Below, piece by piece: positions 21,694 through 31,215 of a DNA stretch of 64,000 nucleotides. The stretch's first letter is position 1. Each line of letters begins with the position of its first letter. The stretch comes from a bacterium. Its GTDB lineage: Bacteria; UBA8248; JACPRG01; G963555815. Under the pieces are notes generated by a model. The model worked only from the letters and a program-made list of their open reading frames with translations. It was not told the origin of the DNA and made no database searches. Position numbers and translations under genes: made by a program. The stretch covers positions 1 through 64,000 of the forward strand of contig CBDHDG010000005.1 in assembly GCA_965261595.1 (NCBI GenBank), written 5' to 3'.

Positions 21694-23765
21694 TGGCCAA
21701 GAGTCTTACGCCGCCCGCCGATACCGTTGAAGCGGTTGCAGGCCTGTTCGAGCCAAACTCCATTTGCAACCTATCGATACGGGAAGACCGTGCGTTCGGT
21801 CCCTCCGAGTTTCTTTGTCTCGGATCGATAAGACTTTTCCCGGAGGATAACGGTTTAGAGCACCGTGCTCGGGCCGTCCGGCGCGGGGCGTTTGAGTGGC
21901 GCGCGCCCGATGTCGCGGCGGTCAATAAAGAAATTCAGGAAGTCCTCGGCATTAAAGACCTGAAAGAAGAAGCAGGTATCCGGGCAAAGGACAAGGTCCT
22001 GAGAATTCTCGACATGTTCGGCGCCGTTCCGGTCCGTCTTGGTCTGAGTCATCCGATTTTCGATCCCCATGCTCTTGAGGACATGCCGTTTCGCCGACCG
22101 GTAACGGTCGTAAGTGACACGTCGGGCGTCTTGCAGGGCGGCCTCGGCTTTATATCGCGATATTTGCATCCGGCCGCCCGTATCAAGGTACCGGCCGTGA
22201 CGCATATGGAGATTGTTAATTTCGCCGACAGATTTCTTAAAAATAGACGTGCGAGTAAAGTGAAGCGGCCGGACCTCATGATAGATCACCTCAATAGCCA
22301 AGCCGGCCAGAGAGTTCTTGTGCAACTTGAACTGCGTTCGGACGTCGAATTGGAAAGAACCTTCCTGTTAGGCGATCCTTTGAGGGGTTCGTTTCAACAT
22401 GATCAGGACCGGGAACTCAGTCAACTGAATCTCAGTATCCCGATCAAGTCGTACTCAGACCGACTGATTCTGGAAGCCACACGGCAACATCGGTCACAGG
22501 CGGATTCCAGTCATCGGGTCATGTTGCTCACGGGCGACCAAGGTCTAGCGCGCATGGCCATGGCGGAGGGAATAAACTCGATATATTTCCACAGCGCGGG
22601 AGCCGATGCGTTCTTCGGCAAGCGCTTCACGGGAGCGAATTTCCATCCGTTTTCCGAGGAACTTCACACTACGAGTATTCCGGAAATTCTATGGGAACTC
22701 GCCACCATTTCCGGCTGTGCGCGGCTGTCCGCGGAAGATCCCGAACGAAATCTAACGGTTCATGCAATCGGCGAAGACCTTGCATGGGCTCCCTATCATT
22801 CGCAAGACGATCTTCTCTGGGTTGAATTTCCTGACGGTCCAGCGACTTCGTGTGGGCCGGTGGTCCGGAGCGCCGAAGCGACGCTCTCACCGGAGGCCAA
22901 GAGCCACGCCGTCGCGGAAGCGCCCAGCGGAAGCCGAGCCCGCCCGCCCGCCCGTCGGGGACCATTGGGCGAGGGCGGGGCCGCGAAGGCGGCCCTCTAC
23001 AAGTTCAATCTCGGTCGTCTATTCGCCCTGATCGATAAATTGGAAATCCGTCAACAGCTTCCTGTCAACGAAGTTATGACATCGCTTGGCGTTCGCACCG
23101 CAAGCGGACTGAGCGACTATCGTCGTTTCCTGGAGTCGGGCAAAACGATATTCGTGGACGAAGGAAGCTGGTCGGCGGCCCCTCCTCTGAGTCGTATCGC
23201 GGTTGTTCTCCAGAACGCCGATGTCGACGAATTGCGAAAAGAGCTTCGCTTGTTTCCGTCATATGTAGAACTGGAGCGGGTGTTGTCACAGGAAGCTGTC
23301 GGGGGTGCGTTCGATGCGACAACTTTCGGGCGGGCAGCGTATACGTATACGGCCTTGGCGGAGCTTGCGGAGCTTGGTGCATCCGTTCAGGGAAAGGGCT
23401 TTTTCGTCACCCCACGAGATCCCGGCGATGATGAGTTCGCGAAGATCGCCGTATCCGCATATGATCGGTTGGAGCTAGGCGGCAACTGGGTCGCGACGGG
23501 ACGCTGGCTTGAAGAACTGATCGTGAATGATGGAATCCACCCCGTCGTTGCGCGGCGACGGCTGCAATCCGCCGCCAACCATGGCTTGGTCAAGCGCGTT
23601 ACCGAAGGATCGACTACGGAAACCGGGCATGACCTTCAGACACTGAGGACGCTGGCGTTGAAGGACGGTGTCCCGTATGTGAAGGTGGAGTATCTTTACA
23701 GAGGTGATTTCCTCATTCCGGGGAAAGCCAGTTCGAGTTTGAAAATCGAAATGATTGAGACATGA
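21690..23765 (+). CDS. PIN-domain ribonuclease-like protein with long C-terminal (possibly winged-helix) region
   Basis: VVSDTS, VPAVTHME, SDRLILE, LLTGDQGL give the PIN acidic tetrad. Confidence 0.75.
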   Translation: MMAKSLTPPADTVEAVAGLFEPNSICNLSIREDRAFGPSEFLCLGSIRLFPEDNGLEHRARAVRRGAFEWRAPDVAAVNKEIQEVLGIKDLKEEAGIRAKDKVLRILDMFGAVPVRLGLSHPIFDPHALEDMPFRRPVTVVSDTSGVLQGGLGFISRYLHPAARIKVPAVTHMEIVNFADRFLKNRRASKVKRPDLMIDHLNSQAGQRVLVQLELRSDVELERTFLLGDPLRGSFQHDQDRELSQLNLSIPIKSYSDRLILEATRQHRSQADSSHRVMLLTGDQGLARMAMAEGINSIYFHSAGADAFFGKRFTGANFHPFSEELHTTSIPEILWELATISGCARLSAEDPERNLTVHAIGEDLAWAPYHSQDDLLWVEFPDGPATSCGPVVRSAEATLSPEAKSHAVAEAPSGSRARPPARRGPLGEGGAAKAALYKFNLGRLFALIDKLEIRQQLPVNEVMTSLGVRTASGLSDYRRFLESGKTIFVDEGSWSAAPPLSRIAVVLQNADVDELRKELRLFPSYVELERVLSQEAVGGAFDATTFGRAAYTYTALAELAELGASVQGKGFFVTPRDPGDDEFAKIAVSAYDRLELGGNWVATGRWLEELIVNDGIHPVVARRRLQSAANHGLVKRVTEGSTTETGHDLQTLRTLALKDGVPYVKVEYLYRGDFLIPGKASSSLKIEMIET

Positions 23766-24862
23766 GCCTCCGCGAAAAACTGGGGAGTAAGCAGGGAACC
23801 AGCCGCGATTCTCTTCTGTCGGACTTCGGCGTTCTTTCCAACCCCTTTCCGACTGCGAATCAGACCCTTGATAATCCTCATTATCCTGTACCGAAGGATG
23901 ATGAGGCAGAAGAAAGAATTATTACGTTCCTGCGGGAGATGAAATCCGAAGTCCTGGTTGTTCTCGGCACCCAAGGGGTCGGAAAAACCAATTTCCTCAA
24001 TTACCTAGACGGGCAAATCCAAGAAGTAAAAGACACACTGGACGGCTACTACATTGTCCGGTATATGGCTGATCCGGAACCGTCCTTCGACGCGACGGTT
24101 CGCATGATCTTTTTGGAATTCGGGATTCCACATCTTAAAAAAATCGCGGAATCTCTATCCAATTCACGCGATGCGTTGTCTACCGTTAGATCCTATGACC
24201 TGAGAGAGGCCCTGTCGGCCCTTTCCGATAATCCTGACGATAACGAACTTCTCGGGCTTTGCCAACAGTGGTTGTTCGGCTCGCGTCTTCTGAAGGCTCA
24301 CAGGAACGGCCTCGGTGTCAACTTTAGGCTGGACACAGTGGAATCACGCACGGCAGCATTACGAGACTATATCATGCTCAGCGCGGAACTGGGATTATTG
24401 AAGGGCATATTCCTTTTGCTTGACGAGTTAGAAAAGCAGGCGGGCGTGCTCGGTCCCACAGCGGTGGTCCGCTACCTGTCGGGTTTACGGGCGATCATGG
24501 ACGCACTTCCGAAGCATCTGTTTATGATCATAGCTGTTACGCCGGACGCGATGCGCAGGTATTCAAGCGCCCTTCCCGCCTTTCGGAGCAGGTTGGAAAA
24601 TCAGATTGAGTTAGAGCCTCTTGCCAATTCCAAAGAGGCAATGGGTTTGGCGAAATTCTATCTGGAGAAAGCGAAGTCGGCGGTTCCCGTGAAGCAAAGG
24701 AAATCGGGCTCGCGAGATTTGGTGACCGAGCCAGAGATGTTAAATATTTTTAACGATTCAATGAAGTTATCGAAACGCCGCGGCGACGACGGTGTTCGGC
24801 AGCGAGAATTTCTGAACGGGCTACACGACATCGCGGAAAAGAAAATTCAAAAACGTGTGTGA
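23762..24862 (+). CDS. P-loop AAA-type ATPase
   Basis: FG..SNPF, Walker A GTQGVGKT, Walker B LLLDELE, AFRSRL; ATGA overlap with the PIN gene. Confidence 0.85.
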   Translation: MSLREKLGSKQGTSRDSLLSDFGVLSNPFPTANQTLDNPHYPVPKDDEAEERIITFLREMKSEVLVVLGTQGVGKTNFLNYLDGQIQEVKDTLDGYYIVRYMADPEPSFDATVRMIFLEFGIPHLKKIAESLSNSRDALSTVRSYDLREALSALSDNPDDNELLGLCQQWLFGSRLLKAHRNGLGVNFRLDTVESRTAALRDYIMLSAELGLLKGIFLLLDELEKQAGVLGPTAVVRYLSGLRAIMDALPKHLFMIIAVTPDAMRRYSSALPAFRSRLENQIELEPLANSKEAMGLAKFYLEKAKSAVPVKQRKSGSRDLVTEPEMLNIFNDSMKLSKRRGDDGVRQREFLNGLHDIAEKKIQKRV

Positions 24863-25022
24863 CCGGGTTGACAGGGACGGCTCCGTCATCGATTCAGGAT
24901 GGCTGCGCGCGCCCCTCACGCATCAGTAATACCAAACTGAACTGGCAATGCACGGCAGGTTTATGCGGTTGCGTTGGGGGCGGTAGCCCAACAGCGGTAC
25001 ATAATGGAGGCGATCCGGTCGA

Positions 25023-25591
25023 TCAGCCGATCCCGGGATCGGGGCGATCGGGCGCCAATTCGTCCAGCCTGGGGCCGAAGACACGCTTGAAATCCAGCAG
25101 TTTGTCGATCATCCAATCTTCTATTTCTTTCAGCGTCTCCGAGTCGCCGTCAATGCTACCTTGGCGCACGACCGCAATGCGGCTCGCCCTGTGATCGTCC
25201 AGGCGTTCCCAATTCAAGCGATTCCGAGAGTTCGGATTCGATGGATTCTTTTCGTTCCATGAGGCGGTCGAACAGAATCTTGTTCCAATCCCTATCGGTG
25301 TTATCGATATAAACTTCAATCCTGGCTCTTTTCTCTTGAACGAAAGTAGCGCCGTATTGAACGCGTTGCGCATGCCCCGCCGAGAAGTAGTACCAACTTT
25401 GAAGCTGCGCCTTGCGCACATTCGTGAATCCTCGCTCTCTGAGCGCGTCCATGATTTCCTGCAAAAAACGCTTGGTAGCGAAGGTTCTTATCCGAGTCCC
25501 CAAGCCAAGGAGTGAAATCGGCGGCCTCGTGCGGCCAAGCCTCACGGAGGTCGGCCTTTTCGATGCGACCAAGTCCCGCCGTTTCCGTCAT
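25023..25591 (-). pseudogene. DUF4268-domain protein remnant (internal deletion, frameshifts)
   Basis: LREAWPHEAADFTPWL N-motif abuts C-terminal IEVYID...WERLD..RASRI in different frames. Confidence 0.7.
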
Positions 25592-25665
25592 TGTTCTCTC
25601 CCTCCCTTTCGGTTTTCCATCGAACGCATGCGGTTCAGTAGCCGGGTGTTTCTCGACGGCCGGCT

Positions 25666-26049
25666 TCATTTCGAGGCATCTTCCAGGATCGTCGCCTGGG
25701 TCTCCCGGGCCAATTTTATCATCTCGTCGAGTTCGTCGCCGCGCCCTTCGCGGAGCATTTCATCGCGTTTGAGGGTCGCAACGATGTACGTGCTTCGATA
25801 GATGCGCTCGATCAGCGCGACGATTCCTAGCGGCATCACGGTGGGGTCCGCGATGTTCTTGTTCCGGGCGAGGTTCAGAGCGGCATCGCGGACAAACTCG
25901 GCAGCCGGGATTTTATGCTCTGCTGCCGCCGTTTTGACCCGTTCCCACTCGGAATCCGAGAACCGGATTGCCCGCGGCGTGCGCGTGTCGGTCTGCTTTT
26001 CGTCTGGAGTCGCGCCGGTTTCAGCGTCAGTTCGCTCGTTTTCGCTCAT
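25666..26049 (-). CDS. Ribbon-helix-helix relaxosome accessory protein (MobC/TrwA-like)
   Basis: RAIRFSDSEWERVKTAA...AEFVRDAA; adjacent to oriT. Confidence 0.7.
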   Translation of the reverse strand: MSENERTDAETGATPDEKQTDTRTPRAIRFSDSEWERVKTAAAEHKIPAAEFVRDAALNLARNKNIADPTVMPLGIVALIERIYRSTYIVATLKRDEMLREGRGDELDEMIKLARETQATILEDASK

Positions 26050-26142
26050 GGTTTTCTCTCTCCGGGTCGCGGTTTTCGTTCGGAAATGCACAGATTTCCC
26101 CAGGGAACGGAAGCGGTTCCGTGCTCCACAGCGTCTAATCCC

Positions 26143-26265
26143 CGTATATCGGTGCAGCATACACGGCCGTCACAACTGCGACATGAGCGTATACCGGTCG
26201 TATGCCGGTCAGAAACAAAATACAGCAATATCAATGTTTTAGACTCGTATATCGGTACGGCATAC
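26143..26265. repeat. Four 11-bp repeats CGTATRYCGGT next to oriT
   Basis: Copies at 26143, 26188, 26199, 26246. Confidence 0.75.
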
Positions 26266-26337
26266 GCTCGATCCAACAACACCGGGGCAGCTATTGGTGC
26301 CGTTTGCGCGGGAAACGGGATGACAAGCGCGCACCTA

Positions 26338-26372
26338 GATGCGAGGGCATCAACGATGCGTGGGGTGTGAGA
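26338..26372 (+). other. oriT: oriT, MOB-F nic site
   Basis: GCATC-AAC-GATGC hairpin abutting GTGGGGTGT^G; 13-nt identity with the F oriT core TGCGTGGGGTGT^G. Confidence 0.8.
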
Positions 26373-26629
26373 GTAAAAGCGCCGACCGGCGTCCGACAGA
26401 CCAAAATGTGAGGAACGAGCGAAGAGGGGATCTCCGCGGGCGCGTGACGCGCGGGGGAGCCGCCGCGGCGATTGAGCGGGCGGCCGTGCGGAGCACAGTG
26501 CATGGAGCGGTGCAGGACGGATTGAGCAGTGGGGTCCGCACCGGTGCGGTGCACAGTGCAGCGGGACGTGAAGGAAGGAAGAACGGGCCGCGCCGCCGGG
26601 TGGCGACGCGACCCGCGAGGTCGTTCGAC

Positions 26630-27553
26630 TCAGGCGGCGACGCACTGGACCGGGATACCGAGCTTGCGCGCCTTGTCGACCAGATTGTCGGTGATGCCCG
26701 AGCCCGGGAACGCGATGACGCCCTTGGGGAGGAGATCGAGCAGCTCGTCATTGCGCCGGAAGGGCGCCGCGCGTCCGTGTGCGTCCCAGTTGGGCTTGCA
26801 GACGATCTGGTGGACGCCGTTGCGGTCCGCCCACTTGGCCGCGATCTTCTCGACGCCGGGACCACCGCCGTGGACCAGGACCACATCGTCGTACTTGGCC
26901 TTGAGCTTCTCGAGGGTGCGGATGATGGCGCCTGCGTCGCCGGTCTGCTTGCCGCCTGCCACCGCGACGAGCGTTCCCTGGGGCAGGAGCGCCTTGTTCT
27001 CGCGGTCCCTGCGGGCACGCTGGAAGTCGCGGGCGTCGATCATGGCCGAAGTGAGCTTGCCGGTCTGGGAGGTGTGGGACCCGCGCCGGGGCCGCCAGAG
27101 GTCTCCGGTCTCGACCCGGTAGGCCTCGGCCGCTGCATCTCTGAGTTGCTCGAAGGCGTCCCGCCGGTCCGTGAGGTTCTTGGTTCGGTCGGTGACGAGT
27201 TCGAGCTCTCGGGACCGGATCTCCGAGCCGTCCTGCTCTCGCTGGAGGTCGCGCATGTCGGGGAGGAGCCTGTCGGCCGCGCGGTCGAGGCGTTGGGTCT
27301 GGGCGTCGAGCATGTTGACGAATCCCCAGAGCAGGCTCTCGCGCTCGTCGGCGAGTTGCGTTCCGTCGGGCGCGACGCCGTGTGCCATGATGCGGAAGGC
27401 TTCCGTGACGGCGGAGAGGGCGTTCTCCGGGTCCCAGACCTCCCGGTTGTCGAATTCGTCGCGCTCCGGGGTTGCTCCGAAGAGAGCCGCCTGGTCGCAG
27501 ACGGTGGCGGTGACGGACTGGTTCTGTTCTGAGATGTTGTCGATATCGTGCAT
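26630..27553 (-). CDS. DUF2493 / YspA-like SLOG protein
   Basis: VAVAGG, LVHGGGPGVE, APFRRND, VIAFPGSG motifs. Confidence 0.85.
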   Translation of the reverse strand: MHDIDNISEQNQSVTATVCDQAALFGATPERDEFDNREVWDPENALSAVTEAFRIMAHGVAPDGTQLADERESLLWGFVNMLDAQTQRLDRAADRLLPDMRDLQREQDGSEIRSRELELVTDRTKNLTDRRDAFEQLRDAAAEAYRVETGDLWRPRRGSHTSQTGKLTSAMIDARDFQRARRDRENKALLPQGTLVAVAGGKQTGDAGAIIRTLEKLKAKYDDVVLVHGGGPGVEKIAAKWADRNGVHQIVCKPNWDAHGRAAPFRRNDELLDLLPKGVIAFPGSGITDNLVDKARKLGIPVQCVAA

Positions 27554-28289
27554 GATGCTCTCCTTCCGGGTAGAGGGTTGAGAACCGTTACGGTTCGTTG
27601 TGCGGAGAGAGTCTCCGAACGTGATGGTTGAGTGGCCCACGCGCGCGCAGCAAAGTCACCGTGGCCGCAAGGCCTGGCGCGGCGAGGGGCGCGAGTGGTG
27701 CGGGCGCACAAGCGACCGCAGGGAGCGCGGAGCCTCGGTCGCGTTTCTCGCCACGCCTAGGCGCGCAGCGCCGTAGCCTTGCGAGCCAGGGCCGGAACGG
27801 AGCGGAGCGTAGTGTAGGACCCGCGGAGCGGGTTGGCGCAGCGAGCACGTGTGGGACAATGGGCCATCACGTCGAGAGGGATATTGTTTGCCACTGTCCC
27901 GGACGCCCTGTGCGGTTCCGGGATTGAGACCCGGGTCTCGGGCGCCGGCCCGGCAAGCGTAGCGCGCAGCGAGCGCCAGCGAGCGGAGGCGATAGGGATA
28001 GAAGCGCAAATCGGAGCGGAGCGGAGATTGCAGCGGGGAGCCCGGCCCGAAGGGATCGCCCGAAGACGGCATGGCCCGTCACCGCAACGGACGCGTATCG
28101 ACGAGTCGCTCCGCAACCTCGCAGGCGAGATTGCCATGGTGGTAGACCCTCGACTCGTACGGGCGATGCTCCTCAAGGTAACGGATTGCATTTCGGTTCT
28201 CCTTCCGTGTTGCTGGTGCCCGGGGCCCTCTCTCTCCCTCCTCGCGGCGTTCGCCCCTCTCGCGCTTCACTCTCCCCTCCGTTCCGCCA

Positions 28290-28439
28290 GAACGGAGGCC
28301 GCCCATGCCGCGCGGCGCGGGCGAGGACCTGCCCATGGCAGGGCAGCGGCGCGCATCAGAAGGCCAGTGGCTTGCCGTAAAGGGCCGCGAGCGCCGCCCG
28401 CAGGGCTGGCGCATGCCTGAGATTGACGATGTGCGCCAT
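28290..28439 (-). pseudogene. DUF4326 remnant
   Basis: LYGKPLAF*CAPLPCHGQVLARAA with W-to-stop change. Confidence 0.6.
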
Positions 28440-28480
28440 GCTCTCTTCTCCTTTGGAGCCGTTCACCCCTCCCCCGCTCT

Positions 28481-29497
28481 TCACTCCCTCTCTCCGACCC
28501 GCTGCGGCGCGGGGAACAGGGCGGCGAGCCGAAGAGCCAGGGCCCGGGGTCCGAGAGTAACCAGATCGTCGTTGAAGTCGCCGTATTCGGAGACGATGAC
28601 GTGGGCGGCGACGCCCGCCCGCGCGCAGCGCCGGGCGAGGCGTTGGGCGGCCCGTTCGCCCTCGGAATCGTTGTCGCGGGCGATGACGAGCCGTTTGAGC
28701 CCGCCAGGTGGAGCGAAGGCGCTGAGGCTTCCGGCCGAGAGCGCGGCCGCCGAAATGACCCCGGGCGCCGCGGTGACGATCGACAGCACCGTCTCGATGC
28801 CTTCGCCGACGAGCAGCGAAGCGCCGTCGGCGGGCTTGCCGAAGCACACGGCGCGTCCGTGGATGCGGCCGAGCGCCTTGCGCGGGGCCGCATCCACGGA
28901 CGCCTTGGCGGGCAAGCGCGAATCGAGCCAGGTGCGCTGCACGCCTTGGATGGCGCCGTCGTCGCCGGTCACGGCGGCGACCAGCGCCGGAAAACGGCGC
29001 AGGGAAGAGCCTTCGCGATAGCGAAGCTCGGGATGGAAGCGCAATGCCGGGAACCGGCAGCGCGCGAGTCCGCGGGCGTGGAGATAGGCCTCGGCATGGG
29101 TGCCGCCGATGGCGCGGCAACCCCGCCAGAGGCGGCGGGCCGCTTCTGTTGCGTCGTAGCCCTCGCCCGGCGCCGGCGGAGCCGGCAGGGCGAGGGAGGC
29201 GCGGGCCTCGGCGAGCGCCGCGCGAAGCGTCGGCGCGCCCGAGCGATGCCGGACGAGATCGAGCAGGTCGCCGTGCTCTCCGGTGGCCGCGTCGGTCCAC
29301 TTCCCGGGGACGCCGGGACCGTGCAGGCGGACGAAGAGCGAGCGGCCGCGAGCGCCTTCGAGATCACCGGCGACCCAGTACCGGCCCTGCTTTTTGCCCT
29401 GGGGCAGGTAACGCCGGCAGACGGCCTCGGCGCACGCGCCGAGCGCGGCGGCGATGTCGGCGGCGGGAGATACGGAACGGGACGATGGGGGCGGCAT
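28481..29497 (-). CDS. Toprim-domain primase-like protein
   Basis: GKWTDAATGEHGDLLD, VGEGIET, IARDND motifs. Confidence 0.85.
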   Translation of the reverse strand: MPPPSSRSVSPAADIAAALGACAEAVCRRYLPQGKKQGRYWVAGDLEGARGRSLFVRLHGPGVPGKWTDAATGEHGDLLDLVRHRSGAPTLRAALAEARASLALPAPPAPGEGYDATEAARRLWRGCRAIGGTHAEAYLHARGLARCRFPALRFHPELRYREGSSLRRFPALVAAVTGDDGAIQGVQRTWLDSRLPAKASVDAAPRKALGRIHGRAVCFGKPADGASLLVGEGIETVLSIVTAAPGVISAAALSAGSLSAFAPPGGLKRLVIARDNDSEGERAAQRLARRCARAGVAAHVIVSEYGDFNDDLVTLGPRALALRLAALFPAPQRVGERE

Positions 29498-29691
29498 AAC
29501 GGGCCTCCTCTGGATGGACGGGGAACGCCCGATACCGGCCGGCCTCCGCCTCCGGCCGGCGCCGGAGGGCGAAGCGCCGCGCGCAGCGCTGGCGCGAGGC
29601 CCGAACGGGCGCTGTCTCGGAACGGGCAGCAAGAAAAAGGGCCGACGCGCGAAGCGCCGGCCCAGGTAGAGGGAGGAAACGGAATGCGCGC

Positions 29692-30117
29692 TCAGAACGG
29701 GATGTCGTCCATGGGCGCTTCGGCGGACGGCGTCTCCGCCTCCGCGACCGGCGCGCCGTTGCCGTTGGGCTTGTCGAGGAACTGCACGCGCCCGCCCGGA
29801 ACCAGCAGGATCTCGGTGGAGAACCGGTCGGAGTCCTCGTCGTCCTTCTTCCAGCGACGGGTCTGCAGCTTGCCCGCCACATAGACCAGCCGGCCCTTCG
29901 TCGCGTGCTTCTCGAACATGTCCACCAGCCCGGGCTGGAAGGTCACCACCCGGTGCCACTCGGTCTTGTCGACCCGGTCTCCGGTCTGCTTGTCGATGTA
30001 GCCCTCGTCGGTGGCGATCGACAGGTTCGCGACGCGTCCGCCGCTGGTGAGGTGGTTGACGGTGACGTCGGCGCCGAGGCGGCCGATCACTTCAGCGCGA
30101 TTGAGTCCGAAGGCCAT
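29692..30117 (-). CDS. ssb: Single-stranded DNA-binding protein
   Basis: NRAEVIGRLG, TEWHRVV, C-terminal DDIPF. Confidence 0.95.
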   Translation of the reverse strand: MAFGLNRAEVIGRLGADVTVNHLTSGGRVANLSIATDEGYIDKQTGDRVDKTEWHRVVTFQPGLVDMFEKHATKGRLVYVAGKLQTRRWKKDDEDSDRFSTEILLVPGGRVQFLDKPNGNGAPVAEAETPSAEAPMDDIPF

Positions 30118-30207
30118 GATCATTCTCCTTAGAGTTAAGGGTGTGGAAGACAACGGGTGATGTGAAAAGGGGGGAGAGCCTCTCTCTCCGGCCCCTTGGT
30201 TCACCCC

Positions 30208-30348
30208 CTAGAAAAGCTCCTCTCCTTCGCCGGTGTCGGCATGGACCGCTTCGGTGAGGATCCTGCGGATGGTGTAAGAGTCGAGGCCGATCTCGGCGAG
30301 CAGTTCGTCACCTGTGGGGAGTTCGAGGTCGAGGTCCTGGTCGATCAT
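30208..30348 (-). CDS. 46-aa acidic protein
   Basis: RBS AGGAG; 13 D/E versus 2 R. Confidence 0.55.
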   Translation of the reverse strand: MIDQDLDLELPTGDELLAEIGLDSYTIRRILTEAVHADTGEGEELF

Positions 30349-30610
30349 GGGCTTGTCTCCTGTTCCGGGATTGCAGTTCCCGGCATCGGGACCGGGAGAC
30401 CGTCTCCCTCTTCCCTGCCGGGCGTTTGCCCGGCCCTTGCTTCCCTCTGGCTCGAAGGACGGTGACGGGACCCTGGGCGAGCTCAGAGGGCGCGACGGAC
30501 GCCGGCAGCCGCTCGCCGACCTTGCGCGGTCTTCGCCCTCGCCCGGCTGTCGTCGAACACGGACCCGCTCGGGCTTGCGTGCGGTGCGAGTTTCGAGTCG
30601 GATAAGGCGC

Positions 30611-30877
30611 ATGGACGACCAGGGCCTCATCAAGCGGCGCGGCTTCTGGCTGCTGGCGCTCCTGTGGCTGCCCGCCGGAGTGGTCACGACGGCGGCGGTG
30701 CACTTCGCGCCGGAGGCGGAGCCGGAGGTGGAGCCCCGAATGTGGCTGTCGATGCTGCTGATGTCGACGGCGTCGCTGATGGCGGGACTGCTTGGCCCAA
30801 TCGTCATCGCCGACTACGCGATGGTCTTGAGCCTTCCGGTGTGGATCGCGTGGTGGTGGCTCGCGCGGCGGGGTTGA
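30611..30877 (+). CDS. Small membrane protein
   Basis: Several hydrophobic segments. Confidence 0.45.
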   Translation: MDDQGLIKRRGFWLLALLWLPAGVVTTAAVHFAPEAEPEVEPRMWLSMLLMSTASLMAGLLGPIVIADYAMVLSLPVWIAWWWLARRG

Positions 30878-30919
30878 GGCCGGCTGACGTCAGGCCGGCT
30901 GCGCAGCAATGCAGTCGGC

Positions 30920-31102
30920 TCACTGCACGGTCTTGCTATCCGGTGTGCCGTTCTCGGCGCGCATGGACCGTGCGGCCAGGGTGGTGGGAATGTAGCCGCT
31001 CATGTCGTGGATAACGATTCTGATCTGCTGTAGATCGTTGTCGAGGTCGTAGGCCGGGGAGAAGGCGTAGTAGGGGTTCTTCGGCAGGGTGTGCGCGGTC
31101 AT
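30920..31102 (-). CDS. Hypothetical small protein, possibly truncated
   Basis: RBS GGAGG; MTAHTLPKNPYYAFSPAY. Confidence 0.45.
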   Translation of the reverse strand: MTAHTLPKNPYYAFSPAYDLDNDLQQIRIVIHDMSGYIPTTLAARSMRAENGTPDSKTVQ

Positions 31103-31215
31103 GTGCGGGCCTCCCTTGAGGGGTCGACGGTGCGCCGGGGGGCGCGGGTGATGGTCCCCCCGCTGGCGGGCGGCAGGTCGGCAGTACGTACCCCCGGCGA
31201 GCCGGCGCATAGAGG

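Noticed and set aside
26143..26265. CRISPR or iteron array
   Set aside because: Repeats are short and irregularly spaced, with no cas or rep gene; no CRISPR array seen anywhere in the window.
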